From contig JBCDJI010000014.1 of assembly GCA_038748025.1 (NCBI GenBank), positions 3,539 through 67,538 of the forward strand: DNA of 64,000 nucleotides, written 5' to 3'. The stretch is from Verrucomicrobiota bacterium (GTDB lineage Bacteria > Verrucomicrobiota > Verrucomicrobiia > Methylacidiphilales > JBCBYL01). Of the stretch, positions 48,666-58,229 are shown in pieces. The translations under genes were made by a program, and so were the position numbers. How positions within the stretch are numbered: position 1 is the stretch's first letter; the number at the start of each line of letters is the position of its first letter. The notes below the pieces were generated by a model. It ran no database searches. It was not told where the DNA came from and saw nothing but the letters and a program-made list of their open reading frames with translations.

Positions 48666-51068
48666 CTAAAATTGGTATCCCACGTCAAAGTGAAATTCCA
48701 TGTCACCAACATTGTTATTTTCATCTACTACAATTGGGAATCCTAAGTCGAAACGCAGTGGCCCGATGGGAAGATTCATGCGCAGGCCAATACCGGTTCC
48801 TACATTGAGATCGTCAACGGAATAATCAAAAACGTCTTCATTATTGAATCCGGCATCCATGAAAATAGCCCCTCGCACACGATCCATGATGGGAAAGGTA
48901 ATTTCAGCGTTGGTATAGGCGATGGTGCGACCACCAATAGGTTCGCCTCCAACTTGAGGACCGATTTCACGGAAGTCAAAACCACGCACGCTTCGAGCCC
49001 CTCCAACGAAAAAACGGTCAAAGAGTGGAACCCGATTGGTATCGCCAAATGCATCTGCTACGCCCGTAACACCTCTTAGACTGAAGATCAAGTCCCAGGG
49101 AAGCTCCCACCATTTCTGCGCTTCCAGTTCCAATTTCCATATATCCGTATCCAGCCCCAGCGGTCCACCAGCACCCTCCGCTGCAAATTCAATTTTTTCA
49201 CCGCTGCGGGTCAGGAAGAAACTGTCACGCGAGTCATACGTGAGAGTTCCACGCACCGAACTCTTGGTTCGACCTCCTTCTTCCAGCAGAATGGGGGCTG
49301 GGGCAGTATTATTGACGTCAAAAATGTCGATGTTCTCGATCTGATACTTCAAACCCACACGCCAGAACTGGTTAAGTGCTTTACCTACACGTACGGCAGC
49401 ACCTAGACGGCGCTGATCATATTCATCACTGATAAAGTCGGCTTCGTTGTAGAAGAGATCGAACCCGAAGGAAAGCTGACGATCGAGGAACCAGGGCTCA
49501 GTCCAACTGATGAGGGCGTCGCGACGTTTTAAGCCGTACTGGACACGGGCACGGAATTTCTGCCCTCCTCCGGTGAAGGTCGGCCAGTTGGCCCAGTCGA
49601 AGTTACCTTGAGTAACTTCAGCGAAACCAAGAATGCTGTCCACCGTGCTGAAACCAGCTCCAAAGGTGACTGATCCGGTGCGCTGTTCTTCAACGGTAAC
49701 GACCAAGTCTTTGCGATTAGGCACCGAAGTGTCACGCGCACTGGTATCTACCTTGGAAAAGTAACCCAGATTTTCGAGTCGGCGCTTACTGGCATCTACA
49801 CGGACGGAGTCATAGACCTCACCAGGAGCGACCGCCAGCTCACGGCGTAAAACCTTGTCCTTGGTACGGTTGTTGCCCTGGATGACAATTTTCTCCACAT
49901 AAGACTGGGGCCCTTCCTGCAGCTCGTAGAGGATGTCCATTTTGCCACTTTCAATGTTGGGCTGACGTATGGGTCGAACTTCAGTATCAATGTAGCCGTT
50001 TTCACCGTAAAGATTCTTAATTCCCTGAACATCCGCTTCCAGCCCCTGCGGTGAGAAGACGGAAGTTTCGTCCATTACCAGACGATCCATGACCTGTTCC
50101 CGGGTATACAAGGTATTCCCTTTGACACTGATCTGGCCGATGGAATACTGGATGCCTTCGAAGACTTCGATATTAATGTCGATCACATCCTCTTCCGGAT
50201 ATTCCTGTGTTATGTCTTTGACTGCAAAATCGATGTAACCGTTGCTGTAGTAGAAATCACGCAGTTTCTTCAGGTCAGCATCGAAGTCTTCCTGTTTGTA
50301 AATTCCGGATTTATTCAGGAAGGAGAAGAGGTTTTTCTTTCGGGTTTTGAATCCGTTGCGTAATTCTTTGTCCTCAAAAGTATTATTGCCGGTGAAAGTC
50401 ACATTGCGCACAAAAGCCCGGCTGCCCTCGCGTACGGTAAAGGTAACTACGGCGCGCCCGACTTGCTCGTTGACATCAATCTTGTATTCAACTTGAGATT
50501 CGAAAAATCCTTTATCATAAAGGTAAGTTTTAACTTCACGGGCATCATCAGCGACCTGCTGTTCACTTAGTGGGTCACCGGCGCGGCTTTTGATTTTTTT
50601 GCGGATCGTCTTTTCTTTGATCTTATTGGCACCTGTAACAACGATTTGCTTGATGACAGGCTTCGGCTGTACGATGACCACAACCTTCACACCGTCAGCC
50701 AGTGGTTCATCGTAAATACGCAAGTTAACAAACAGCCCTGTGGCATATAAGTTACGCACATCTTCCTGAACTGCAGCTAGCGAATAAGGCTGGCCGATGG
50801 TCGTGCGCATATTGGAGAGTATCAGGCTGCGGTCGACAGACTTGGCTCCGGCAAACTCAATTTCAATATCTTTAACTATGGGACCGCGGAGGTCAGAGTT
50901 TTCATCACTAGCCGAGGGTGGCTGAACCAGTGTCCGGGGACCGGTATCAACTTCCTGTGCATGAAGAGACCATAACGTACCGGAAAGTGCCAATCCTGTC
51001 ATCAGGATCAGCACCTGCGATATTGCCTTCATTAAGTCTTCTGCTCTCATGTAACCGGAAGCGATCAT
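48666..51068 (-). CDS. bamA: Outer membrane protein assembly factor BamA
   Basis: POTRA repeats followed by an Omp85 barrel that ends ...FHFDVGYQF. Alternative starts at 51050 or 51032 give a cleaner signal peptide. Confidence 0.93.
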   Translation of the reverse strand: MIASGYMRAEDLMKAISQVLILMTGLALSGTLWSLHAQEVDTGPRTLVQPPSASDENSDLRGPIVKDIEIEFAGAKSVDRSLILSNMRTTIGQPYSLAAVQEDVRNLYATGLFVNLRIYDEPLADGVKVVVIVQPKPVIKQIVVTGANKIKEKTIRKKIKSRAGDPLSEQQVADDAREVKTYLYDKGFFESQVEYKIDVNEQVGRAVVTFTVREGSRAFVRNVTFTGNNTFEDKELRNGFKTRKKNLFSFLNKSGIYKQEDFDADLKKLRDFYYSNGYIDFAVKDITQEYPEEDVIDINIEVFEGIQYSIGQISVKGNTLYTREQVMDRLVMDETSVFSPQGLEADVQGIKNLYGENGYIDTEVRPIRQPNIESGKMDILYELQEGPQSYVEKIVIQGNNRTKDKVLRRELAVAPGEVYDSVRVDASKRRLENLGYFSKVDTSARDTSVPNRKDLVVTVEEQRTGSVTFGAGFSTVDSILGFAEVTQGNFDWANWPTFTGGGQKFRARVQYGLKRRDALISWTEPWFLDRQLSFGFDLFYNEADFISDEYDQRRLGAAVRVGKALNQFWRVGLKYQIENIDIFDVNNTAPAPILLEEGGRTKSSVRGTLTYDSRDSFFLTRSGEKIEFAAEGAGGPLGLDTDIWKLELEAQKWWELPWDLIFSLRGVTGVADAFGDTNRVPLFDRFFVGGARSVRGFDFREIGPQVGGEPIGGRTIAYTNAEITFPIMDRVRGAIFMDAGFNNEDVFDYSVDDLNVGTGIGLRMNLPIGPLRFDLGFPIVVDENNNVGDMEFHFDVGYQF

Positions 51069-51226
51069 TTCGTTTGGAAATGAAAATATTAAAATAACTA
51101 CTACTTATTACAGTAATTTAAGTTAAAACTACCGTATGAACGATGCGGAAATGCATCGGGTACGTCAAGGTTTTAGAGTAAAAGAATTTAAGTACGACGC
51201 TTTTGCGAAGAGGAAGGGTTTCAGCA

Positions 51227-51694
51227 CTACTTGGCTTCGGCGCCTGCGGTTTCAAGAATAACCTTGAATGCGGCAGTCACATCCATTCCAAGGTTGACTT
51301 TTACAGTGGTTTCACCGACCTCTTTCAGCGGACGATTCAACTGGATTTTCTTACGATCCAGTTTGTGCCCCAAAGTAGCCAGACGATCGGCAATATCCTG
51401 TGAGGTTACGGACCCGAAAAGTTTGCCGGAACCTTCCGCGGACTCCATCTGAAAAGTGATCGTTACCTCCTTTAAGGCTGTGGCCAGCGTTTCAGCTTGT
51501 TGTAATTCCTCCGCCTCACGTTCTGCGCGACGTTTCTGAAGAGCTTCGATTTCTTTTTTGCTCGCGGCCGTCGCCTGCGTAGCGATGTTGTTGGGTATTA
51601 AATAGTTCCGCGCATAACCTGCTTTTACTTTAACAATGTCGGCTTCAGCGCCAAGACCGTGGACTGGCTGTTTTAAGATTACTTCAATGGACAT
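51227..51694 (-). CDS. rplI: 50S ribosomal protein L9
   Basis: MSIEVILKQPVHGLGAEADIVKVKAGYARNYLIP. An AGGAGA Shine-Dalgarno sequence lies 6 nt upstream of the ATG at 51694. Confidence 0.93.
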   Translation of the reverse strand: MSIEVILKQPVHGLGAEADIVKVKAGYARNYLIPNNIATQATAASKKEIEALQKRRAEREAEELQQAETLATALKEVTITFQMESAEGSGKLFGSVTSQDIADRLATLGHKLDRKKIQLNRPLKEVGETTVKVNLGMDVTAAFKVILETAGAEAK

Positions 51695-51726
51695 AATATT
51701 CTCCTGATACAAGTAGATTTGTTTGA

Positions 51727-52194
51727 TTAAAAGGGAATTTCATCATCAGCATCTGCATCCGAAAAATCATCGGCCGGGCTGTATGAGGACTGAGAGGGGG
51801 GCACGTCGGTAGATTCCGGCGAACGAGAGGTAGTGGCGCGACTGGATCCGCCGCTGCCAGATCCACCACTGCCTAAAAACTGGACACGTTCAGCACGAAT
51901 ACGCAAGCGACTGCGTTTTTCGCCCTGCGGGCTTTCCCATTGGTCGAGTTGCAGACGGCCTTCAATGAAAACCTGTCTGCCTTTGGAGAGATATTGTTTG
52001 CAGGTTTCAGCTTGCCGGCCCCAGACGACGACATCGACATAGCATACTTCCTCCTTGTCGCCGCCATCCTGAGTACGGTAAGTCATGTTCATCGCAAGAC
52101 CGAAGTCTCCCACAGCAGTGCCTTTGGGGGTGTGCCGGACTTCAGGATCACGGGTCAGGTTGCCGATTAACATTACTTTGTTCAATGAGGCCAT
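51727..52194 (-). CDS. ssb: Single-stranded DNA-binding protein
   Basis: OB-fold N-terminus (LNKVMLIGNLTRDPEVR), a Gly/Ser-rich linker and an acidic tip DDEIPF. Confidence 0.95.
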   Translation of the reverse strand: MASLNKVMLIGNLTRDPEVRHTPKGTAVGDFGLAMNMTYRTQDGGDKEEVCYVDVVVWGRQAETCKQYLSKGRQVFIEGRLQLDQWESPQGEKRSRLRIRAERVQFLGSGGSGSGGSSRATTSRSPESTDVPPSQSSYSPADDFSDADADDEIPF

Positions 52195-52249
52195 ATCTGT
52201 GTCTTAGTAAGGGTTTTATTGGTCAGTGCTGCCCAATGAGCCGGAGCAG

Positions 52250-52561
52250 CTAAGCGGCCGCTTCCTGGGGGGCCTTTTTAGGCTTGAGATAAAACTGGCG
52301 GTAAATGCGGGCGTCGTGTTCGAAGCTGGCTTCCAGCTTGATCAGATGAGAGCTGTCCAACTCAAATCCGACAGCCAGGTAATATCCTGCAGATTGCTTG
52401 CCGGCCACACGCTCAAACTTGCGGTGATCCATCTTGCGGGTGCTTTTGACGGATCCGTCGAGTTTTTCGATGGCAGCTTTCAGCACACTGGTCATTTCTT
52501 CAATGCCTTCTTCCTTACCGTCTATGTTCAGGATGTAGGTTGCTTCGTAGTAGTTTTTCAT
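52250..52561 (-). CDS. rpsF: 30S ribosomal protein S6
   Basis: MKNYYEATYIL...GYYLAVGFE is the S6 pattern. Confidence 0.9.
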   Translation of the reverse strand: MKNYYEATYILNIDGKEEGIEEMTSVLKAAIEKLDGSVKSTRKMDHRKFERVAGKQSAGYYLAVGFELDSSHLIKLEASFEHDARIYRQFYLKPKKAPQEAAA

Positions 52562-53139
52562 TTCTTTATATTCAATTCATTCATCGCAATATCGAGCCCT
52601 GCCCGGCAGGCGGTGCGGATACCATCTGCTGCCCGTTTCATGGCATCTGCAATGATTTTTTCTTCTTCTCTGTCAAATTTTCCTAAAACATGCCTTTTCA
52701 GGGCATCCGGATGTCCCGGTGTTCCAACTCCACCCCGTAAGCGGGCGTAGTCCTGTGTTCCCAGCTGGGTTTCAATGGACTTCAACCCGTTATGTCCACC
52801 AGCGGATCCTCCCGGTCTCAGCCTCAGCTGTCCAAGCTCCAGGTGAACGTCATCCACGACCACCAGTAGCTGTTCCGGCCCGATTCGGAACCAGTTTAGG
52901 CTCTGCTTTAAGGCATCGCCAGACAAATTCATGTAGGTCCGGGGCTTTACCAGCCAAGACCCACTCGCTAACCGGCACGTTTCAGCTTGTGCAAAGCGTG
53001 CCTTTTTCCATGTCACACCATCCTGTTTTGCAAGCAGGTCCAGGACCTCGTAACCGAAATTGTGCCTGGTTCCCCGGTAGGTTTTACCAGGATTCCCCAA
53101 TCCCGCAATCAACGGGAAGCGCTGGGGAATTTCATCCAT
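52558..53139 (-). CDS. pth: Peptidyl-tRNA hydrolase
   Basis: LIAGLGNPGKTYRGTRHNFG and GLKSIE motifs. Confidence 0.93.
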   Translation of the reverse strand: MDEIPQRFPLIAGLGNPGKTYRGTRHNFGYEVLDLLAKQDGVTWKKARFAQAETCRLASGSWLVKPRTYMNLSGDALKQSLNWFRIGPEQLLVVVDDVHLELGQLRLRPGGSAGGHNGLKSIETQLGTQDYARLRGGVGTPGHPDALKRHVLGKFDREEEKIIADAMKRAADGIRTACRAGLDIAMNELNIKK

Positions 53140-53150
53140 GTGTCAGGTCA

Positions 53151-53807
53151 CTAATCAGCAGGTGCTGCTTCTTCTTTCTTCTCACCAATAATTTCCGGCT
53201 CCCCTGCAGTTGCTTCCGTGTCCTCAGTAACATCCTCCTTAACCCGCGGAGGATGAACCATAAATACCGGAAGTTCACCGTCGTTCAGTGCAGTAACACC
53301 TTGAGGCAGATCCAACTCATTTACATGGATTGCCTGTTCCAGCTCCAGGCTGGAAACATCCACGGAAATATGAGCAGGCAGGTCGTTCGGCAGACATTCG
53401 ACGTGCAATTCACGAATGCAGTGATCCAGAATACCACCCCCGTTTTTGACACCTGTGGCCGTGCCTTCTTCATGGATGGGAACGTTTGCCTGAATGGTCT
53501 GATCCTGACGGACCTCGTGGAAGTCAATGTGTAAAACGGTATCCTTGATCGGATGGTGCTGAATTTCCTGGATCAGCGCCAGATGAGATTTGGTGCTATC
53601 CCCATCTATGCTCAGATTGACCAGCACATTATCAGATTCGGCCTCGTGAATTGCGTCTATGAATGCTACCGTATCCAGCTCAAGCGATGCAGGTTCGCCT
53701 GCGCCATAGAGAACCGCTGGAACTTTACCAGCGGCACGCAGTTTTCTGACTCCTCCACGGCCCGCTTTCTCACGACGACTGGCAGTTAAATTAATACGTT
53801 CTGACAT
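53151..53807 (-). CDS. 50S ribosomal protein L25 / general stress protein Ctc
   Basis: RREKAGRGGVRKLRAAGKVPAVLYG N-domain plus a Ctc C-domain and an acidic tail. Confidence 0.9.
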   Translation of the reverse strand: MSERINLTASRREKAGRGGVRKLRAAGKVPAVLYGAGEPASLELDTVAFIDAIHEAESDNVLVNLSIDGDSTKSHLALIQEIQHHPIKDTVLHIDFHEVRQDQTIQANVPIHEEGTATGVKNGGGILDHCIRELHVECLPNDLPAHISVDVSSLELEQAIHVNELDLPQGVTALNDGELPVFMVHPPRVKEDVTEDTEATAGEPEIIGEKKEEAAPAD

Positions 53808-53991
53808 GTTTCAATCCTTTTTAAATGCTTCTCTGATTCTGGATTCATCTTCAGAAAAAGAGCGTAGAATAAAGCAGGCAATCAGCTCAAAGGTCAATCC
53901 TTTTATTGCCGAAATCGGCTGGGAATTTTTCAGTGGACGTTTAAGCGTCCAGGAATAGTCTCACTTGGTGCAAAATTATCCTGTGTTTGGA

Positions 53992-54201
53992 ATGTTCAGA
54001 GCAGTATGCCTGATGGCTGCCGTATGGTTATTTTCTGCGTGCAGCAGTTCGGACAGTGGAAGTGCCAGAAGCTCTGATTCCAGTAATGCGGCAAGCATTG
54101 GGGTTGGCGGAAACGATGGTTGGTGGGTAGATGCTCCGCTGAATTCTGCTTCCAGTCAGATTGCTGTGGAAGAAGCTACTGCATCAGCAGAAGCGCAATA
54201 A
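53992..54201 (+). CDS. Small hypothetical lipoprotein
   Basis: MFRAVCLMAAVWLFSAC lipobox followed by a Ser-rich low-complexity region. There is no homology signal. Confidence 0.35.
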   Translation: MFRAVCLMAAVWLFSACSSSDSGSARSSDSSNAASIGVGGNDGWWVDAPLNSASSQIAVEEATASAEAQ

Positions 54202-54218
54202 AGATTAACGGTTTCAGA

Positions 54219-54677
54219 TTATTCTTTCTGGTTCGAGTCCAGCAGAATGGTTACCGGGCCGTCATTGTGTATCAGCACTTCCATGTAAGCTCCGAACCGA
54301 CCTGTTTTAATCGGACCGGTGTAAGCATCACGAAGTGTCTGAACAAAGAAATGATACAGCGGCTCGGCAGTTTCCGGTGCTGCTGCCCGGTGGTAGGAGG
54401 GCCTGGTGCCTTTTTTAGTGGATGCATGCAGCGTGAACTGGCTGACAATCAGTAAATCACCCTGAATCTCAATAACGGACTTCTGGCCAGTTGATTGTGC
54501 TGCTTCGTCTTCAAACAATCGCAGCTTCAGAATTTTTTTAGCCAGCCAGTCTGCATCGGTCTCTGCACTCCCGTGATTGATGCCTAAAAACACCACCAGT
54601 CCTGGGCCAATGCATCCTGCGGCCTCTCCTTCGATAGTGACGGATGCGTTGCACACGCGCTGGATGAACGCTCTCAC
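54219..54677 (-). CDS. dtd: D-aminoacyl-tRNA deacylase
   Basis: MRAFIQRV... and SQFTLHA...KG.RPS motifs. Confidence 0.9.
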   Translation of the reverse strand: MRAFIQRVCNASVTIEGEAAGCIGPGLVVFLGINHGSAETDADWLAKKILKLRLFEDEAAQSTGQKSVIEIQGDLLIVSQFTLHASTKKGTRPSYHRAAAPETAEPLYHFFVQTLRDAYTGPIKTGRFGAYMEVLIHNDGPVTILLDSNQKE

Positions 54678-54679
54678 AA

Positions 54680-55633
54680 TCAGGTGAGTTGAATGCCGAT
54701 GTAGGACATGTATCCGAAATAACCAAGCACCAGTAATGCACCTTCCAGTCGACTGATTTTGTAATTTGTCAGCATAATGGGAACCAAAGCCATGCTGAAG
54801 AGCAACAGAATGGAGATATCAATCAAAGTAATACCTTCATTCACAATGGGTCTTACGAGTGAGGCACTGCCCAGGATAGCTCCCAGATTAAAGATATTGG
54901 AACCTATCAGATTTCCTACCATGAGGTCGCTCTGTCTTTTGACAGCGGCAACGATGCTGGTAGCCAGCTCCGGTAAACTCGTTCCGATGGCAACCATGGT
55001 TAATCCGATCAGCACCTCGGGAGCTCCCAACAGGGTAGCGATATTGACTGCTGAGGTAACCATGAGATCCGCTCCCAGAATCAGAATCCCCAGACCGCCG
55101 ACAAGCAGTGTAACGTCAACAGCCCAGTGGCGGCCCAGATTAGGAGCCACGGATTCCACCTCTTCCTGGGTAGCTGTTTCGCCTGATCTGCGGGCGGTAA
55201 TAACGGAATAGATGATGTAAGCTATTAATCCCGTAAACAGCAGTGCACCTTCGATCCGGCCAATAATATCGCCCCACATAAAAATCCCAAATAGAAAGGT
55301 CAGTGCCAGCATAACTGGAATCTCACGACGGACAATCTGTCGGTTGACTCCCAGTGGCAGGATCATGGCCGCGACGCCGAGAATCAGTCCGGTATTGGCG
55401 ATATTAGACCCGATCACATTACCTAAGCAAATGCCGCCATTACCTTTCCAGGCAGCTTTCAGTCCAACTACCAGCTCAGGACTGCTGGTGCTGAAGGCCA
55501 GCACCGTCAAGCCGACAATCAGCGGTGGAATACCAGCACGCAGGGAGACGGCCGTAGCGCCACGGACGAGTGCTTCAGCACCAAAAAAAAGCAGCAGAAA
55601 CCCCGCAACCAGTAATGAAAGATCACTGACCAT
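54680..55633 (-). CDS. Ca2+/Na+ antiporter (CaCA family, YrbG-like)
   Basis: Two alpha-repeats (FSTSSPELVV / GTSLPELATS and GNVIGSNIAN / GNLIGSNIFN) in a polytopic protein. Confidence 0.85.
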   Translation of the reverse strand: MVSDLSLLVAGFLLLFFGAEALVRGATAVSLRAGIPPLIVGLTVLAFSTSSPELVVGLKAAWKGNGGICLGNVIGSNIANTGLILGVAAMILPLGVNRQIVRREIPVMLALTFLFGIFMWGDIIGRIEGALLFTGLIAYIIYSVITARRSGETATQEEVESVAPNLGRHWAVDVTLLVGGLGILILGADLMVTSAVNIATLLGAPEVLIGLTMVAIGTSLPELATSIVAAVKRQSDLMVGNLIGSNIFNLGAILGSASLVRPIVNEGITLIDISILLLFSMALVPIMLTNYKISRLEGALLVLGYFGYMSYIGIQLT

Positions 55634-55642
55634 CTCGAGAAG

Positions 55643-56110
55643 CTAGATGGCATCATAGAGTGGCGCAAGGTCAGGATCGGTCTTAGCGGTTATTAAAAAA
55701 CTGGCATCCATATTGACAGCCTTCTCAAGATAATGATGAGCGCGATCGAGCGACCCGAGCTGTGCTTCATAGCAGCCGAGATTATAATAGTAAGTAGCTT
55801 CCTGCTTGAGGCAGTCTGGACCTTTGAGCAAGCACGCTTTGGCTTCCTCGGTGCGCTGCAGTTCGTGCAAACAGAAAGCGCGATCCAGCCAGGGCATGGG
55901 ATTGTCGGGAGAGACTTGGCAAAGATGAGTGGAAATTTCCAGCGCCTGCTCGTAGTGTCCTCCGCGGATCTGAATGGTGGATTCAAGTTGCAGGATACCC
56001 GGGTGCCCGAGACGCTCTACCGGCAGGCAATGCAGTTCCTCCACAGCTTCCTCGAACATTCCCAATTCCAGATATCCTAAGGCTGCGGTGATATGTCGTT
56101 CTTCTTTCAT
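55643..56110 (-). CDS. Tetratricopeptide-repeat protein
   Basis: 155 aa with repeated A..Y...G.Y..A......A TPR-like helices. Confidence 0.65.
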   Translation of the reverse strand: MKEERHITAALGYLELGMFEEAVEELHCLPVERLGHPGILQLESTIQIRGGHYEQALEISTHLCQVSPDNPMPWLDRAFCLHELQRTEEAKACLLKGPDCLKQEATYYYNLGCYEAQLGSLDRAHHYLEKAVNMDASFLITAKTDPDLAPLYDAI

Positions 56111-56212
56111 GCGACCATATTCTTATTACCTACCATAAGCATAATCCCGGCCAAATTCGAATAATTGTATTTTGGATTGACGAAAAACCGAATCTTATGA
56201 ATATCTTTTGTT

Positions 56213-56407
56213 ATGAATCGTCAGCAAATTGTCGGTTGCTTCACGGCTCTGCAGGGAGCTGGCTCTATCGGAACCTTTACGTATTTGGATGGTGTCCGTT
56301 TGTTGGACGGACCTGTGTTTACGGCCATTATCTGGTTGATGATCGTGCTTGGACTCATCATGCTGTTGGCGGGATTGGGTTACGCGGCGGCATCCGATGA
56401 ATCCTAG
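56213..56407 (+). CDS. Small hypothetical membrane protein
   Basis: 64-aa ORF with one clear hydrophobic helix (FTAIIWLMIVLGLIMLLAGLG). No other support. Confidence 0.3.
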   Translation: MNRQQIVGCFTALQGAGSIGTFTYLDGVRLLDGPVFTAIIWLMIVLGLIMLLAGLGYAAASDES

Positions 56408-56419
56408 TCTGAGCTTTAA

Positions 56420-56608
56420 TTACTGGCCTCTAAGCAGATTTGCTAATTTCAGTGCGACCACATTCAGTCTCAACGTCTTACGTACACGGTTCTCAAAATA
56501 CTCCTGGTTCCGCAGCTGGGCGCCCTGGGCAGCTGGAATCGGATATTTAACTTCCCTCGGTGGTGATCTTCGGCTTCTTTTTTTGGATGAACGTATTTTG
56601 TTAATCAT
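56420..56608 (-). CDS. Small basic hypothetical protein
   Basis: 62-aa ORF with a Lys/Arg-rich N-terminus (KIRSSKKRSRRSPPRE). The overlapping plus-strand ORF looks non-protein-like (Trp/Ser-rich). Confidence 0.25.
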   Translation of the reverse strand: MINKIRSSKKRSRRSPPREVKYPIPAAQGAQLRNQEYFENRVRKTLRLNVVALKLANLLRGQ

Positions 56609-56669
56609 GTTAAATAAGACGTGAATTCATCAGGAAAGATTCATTTCTGGCAGCAGGTTATTATTTTTT

Positions 56670-57155
56670 ATGTCTCAAGAAACCGTCAGTGTGCTGTTTG
56701 TTTGTATGGGTAATATCTGCCGTTCTCCGGCAGCAGAGGGCGTGTTTCGCTCTTTGGCAAAAGAAGCTGGTCTGCAGCATCGGATCCGGATGGATTCTGC
56801 CGGAACAATTGGATACCATGCCGGACAGTTGGCGGATTCCCGCATGCGGCTGTCGGCCGAAAAGCGCGGCTATGTATTGTCCAGCCGGGCCCGTCAGATT
56901 ATGCCTGCTGATCTGGACGAGTTTGATCTGATCTTGACTATGGATGAAGAGAACCATCAGCATGTGCTGATACTGGCGGACAGCCAGGCGCAGCGCGACC
57001 GGGTGAAACCGTTTTGTGACTTTTGTGCCGATCACAACAACCGCTCAGTCCCGGATCCATATTATGGGGGGGCAGACGGTTTTGAAACGGTGCTGGATCT
57101 GTTGGAAGACGGTTGCCGGGGTGTGCTGGCCGAGGCGGAAATGCGGCTGAGATGA
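56670..57155 (+). CDS. Low-molecular-weight protein-tyrosine phosphatase family protein
   Basis: P-loop VLFVCMGNICRSPAAEG and a DP motif (VPDPYYG). Confidence 0.9.
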   Translation: MSQETVSVLFVCMGNICRSPAAEGVFRSLAKEAGLQHRIRMDSAGTIGYHAGQLADSRMRLSAEKRGYVLSSRARQIMPADLDEFDLILTMDEENHQHVLILADSQAQRDRVKPFCDFCADHNNRSVPDPYYGGADGFETVLDLLEDGCRGVLAEAEMRLR

Positions 57156-58021
57156 ATGAACTTGCCATTGCGGACGCGATTGCCCGGGCAACGGGCCGGC
57201 CATGCTTGATTGAAAGCTGGCAGGCGGTCGGGGGTGGGTGTATCAATGACACATTTCGGGTGACCGGGTCGGACCATTCATATTTTGTAAAAATCAATCG
57301 GGCCTCCTGTTATGAGATGTTCACTGCCGAAGCGGAAGCGCTGGAAGCGTTGGCTAACGCGCAGGCAGTTCAGGTTCCTCGCCCGGTTTGTCATGGCAAT
57401 GAGGGTTCTCACGCTTTTCTTGTTTTGGAATATCTATCGTTGCGTCCGATGAACACGGCAGCCCAAGGGCTGCTAGGGAAACAGCTTGCCCGGCTGCATC
57501 GTACAACGGGCGATCACTTTGGATGGCAGCGCGACAATACCATTGGCTCAACTCCGCAGCAGAACACTCCTATGGAAGACTGGCCGCGGTTTTATGCTGA
57601 GCGGCGCTTAAGGTTTCAGTTGGACCTGGCAGCTGAGCACGGATTAAGGATTCCAGTGGCTGCTGCATTGTGCGATTCCATTGACGCGTTCTTTACGTGT
57701 TATCAACCGGAGCCATCTTTACTGCATGGGGATCTGTGGGGTGGAAATGCTGCCATGAATGATGATGGCAATCCGATAGTCTTCGATCCCGCCTGTTACT
57801 ATGGTGACCGGGAAAGCGATGTCGCTTTCACCGAATTGTTTGGTGGATTTGGCCCAGAGTTTTATCGCGCTTATGAGTCTGAGTGGCCATTAGACAGCGG
57901 ATATCAGCAGCGTAAGGATCTTTACAATCTCTACCATGTGCTGAATCACTATAACCTGTTTGGTGGTGGCTATGGGACTCAGGCGCTGGAGATGCTGAAC
58001 CGATTGCTTTTAAGAATCTAA
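57152..58021 (+). CDS. Fructosamine/ketosamine-3-kinase family protein
   Basis: LLHGDLWGGN catalytic motif and a DPACYYGDRE motif. The ATG overlaps the upstream TGA (ATGA). Confidence 0.85.
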   Translation: MNELAIADAIARATGRPCLIESWQAVGGGCINDTFRVTGSDHSYFVKINRASCYEMFTAEAEALEALANAQAVQVPRPVCHGNEGSHAFLVLEYLSLRPMNTAAQGLLGKQLARLHRTTGDHFGWQRDNTIGSTPQQNTPMEDWPRFYAERRLRFQLDLAAEHGLRIPVAAALCDSIDAFFTCYQPEPSLLHGDLWGGNAAMNDDGNPIVFDPACYYGDRESDVAFTELFGGFGPEFYRAYESEWPLDSGYQQRKDLYNLYHVLNHYNLFGGGYGTQALEMLNRLLLRI

Positions 58022-58174
58022 AAAACGCGGGCAGATCGCTTGAACGTCGTTGAAAATACTGGTGGTAAGTCAGTTTGATGATGTTACCGTATTCATTCCG
58101 CTCAGGAGTGCATACTAGAGCGGGAAGTTGCTGGCCAAGAGGTGCATAGGTAGCTTGGTATAGTTGGATTATGC

Positions 58175-58204
58175 TTGACTTCGCTTAAAATGTAATTGTA
58201 TCAT
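58175..58204 (+). promoter_or_regulatory. Candidate sigma70-type promoter (TTGACT-N18-TATCAT)
   Basis: Read directly from the sequence, 26 nt upstream of the PEP-CTERM gene start. It assumes E. coli-like consensus applies in this lineage. Confidence 0.25.
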
Positions 58205-58229
58205 TCTTAACAAGACAGAAGTAACAGCC

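Noticed and set aside
52226-53534. Long plus-strand ORFs (52226..52750, 174 aa; 52719..53534, 271 aa) opposite rpsF, pth and ctc.
   Set aside because: They are antisense shadows of strongly supported minus-strand genes. Their products are low-complexity (Pro/Arg/Ser-rich) with no recognisable motifs. The same applies to 62560..63321, 31474..32100, 32752..33483, 47152..47742, 10300..10830, 8105..8545, 24234..24629 and many shorter track entries.
56670-58021. ATGA-coupled LMW-PTP and fructosamine-kinase genes, considered as a possible novel kinase/phosphatase pair.
   Set aside because: As far as I recall, pairing of bacterial FN3K homologues with LMW-PTP-like phosphatases is an already described arrangement linked to ketosamine/ribulosamine repair. 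It is therefore a conserved known pair rather than a new system.
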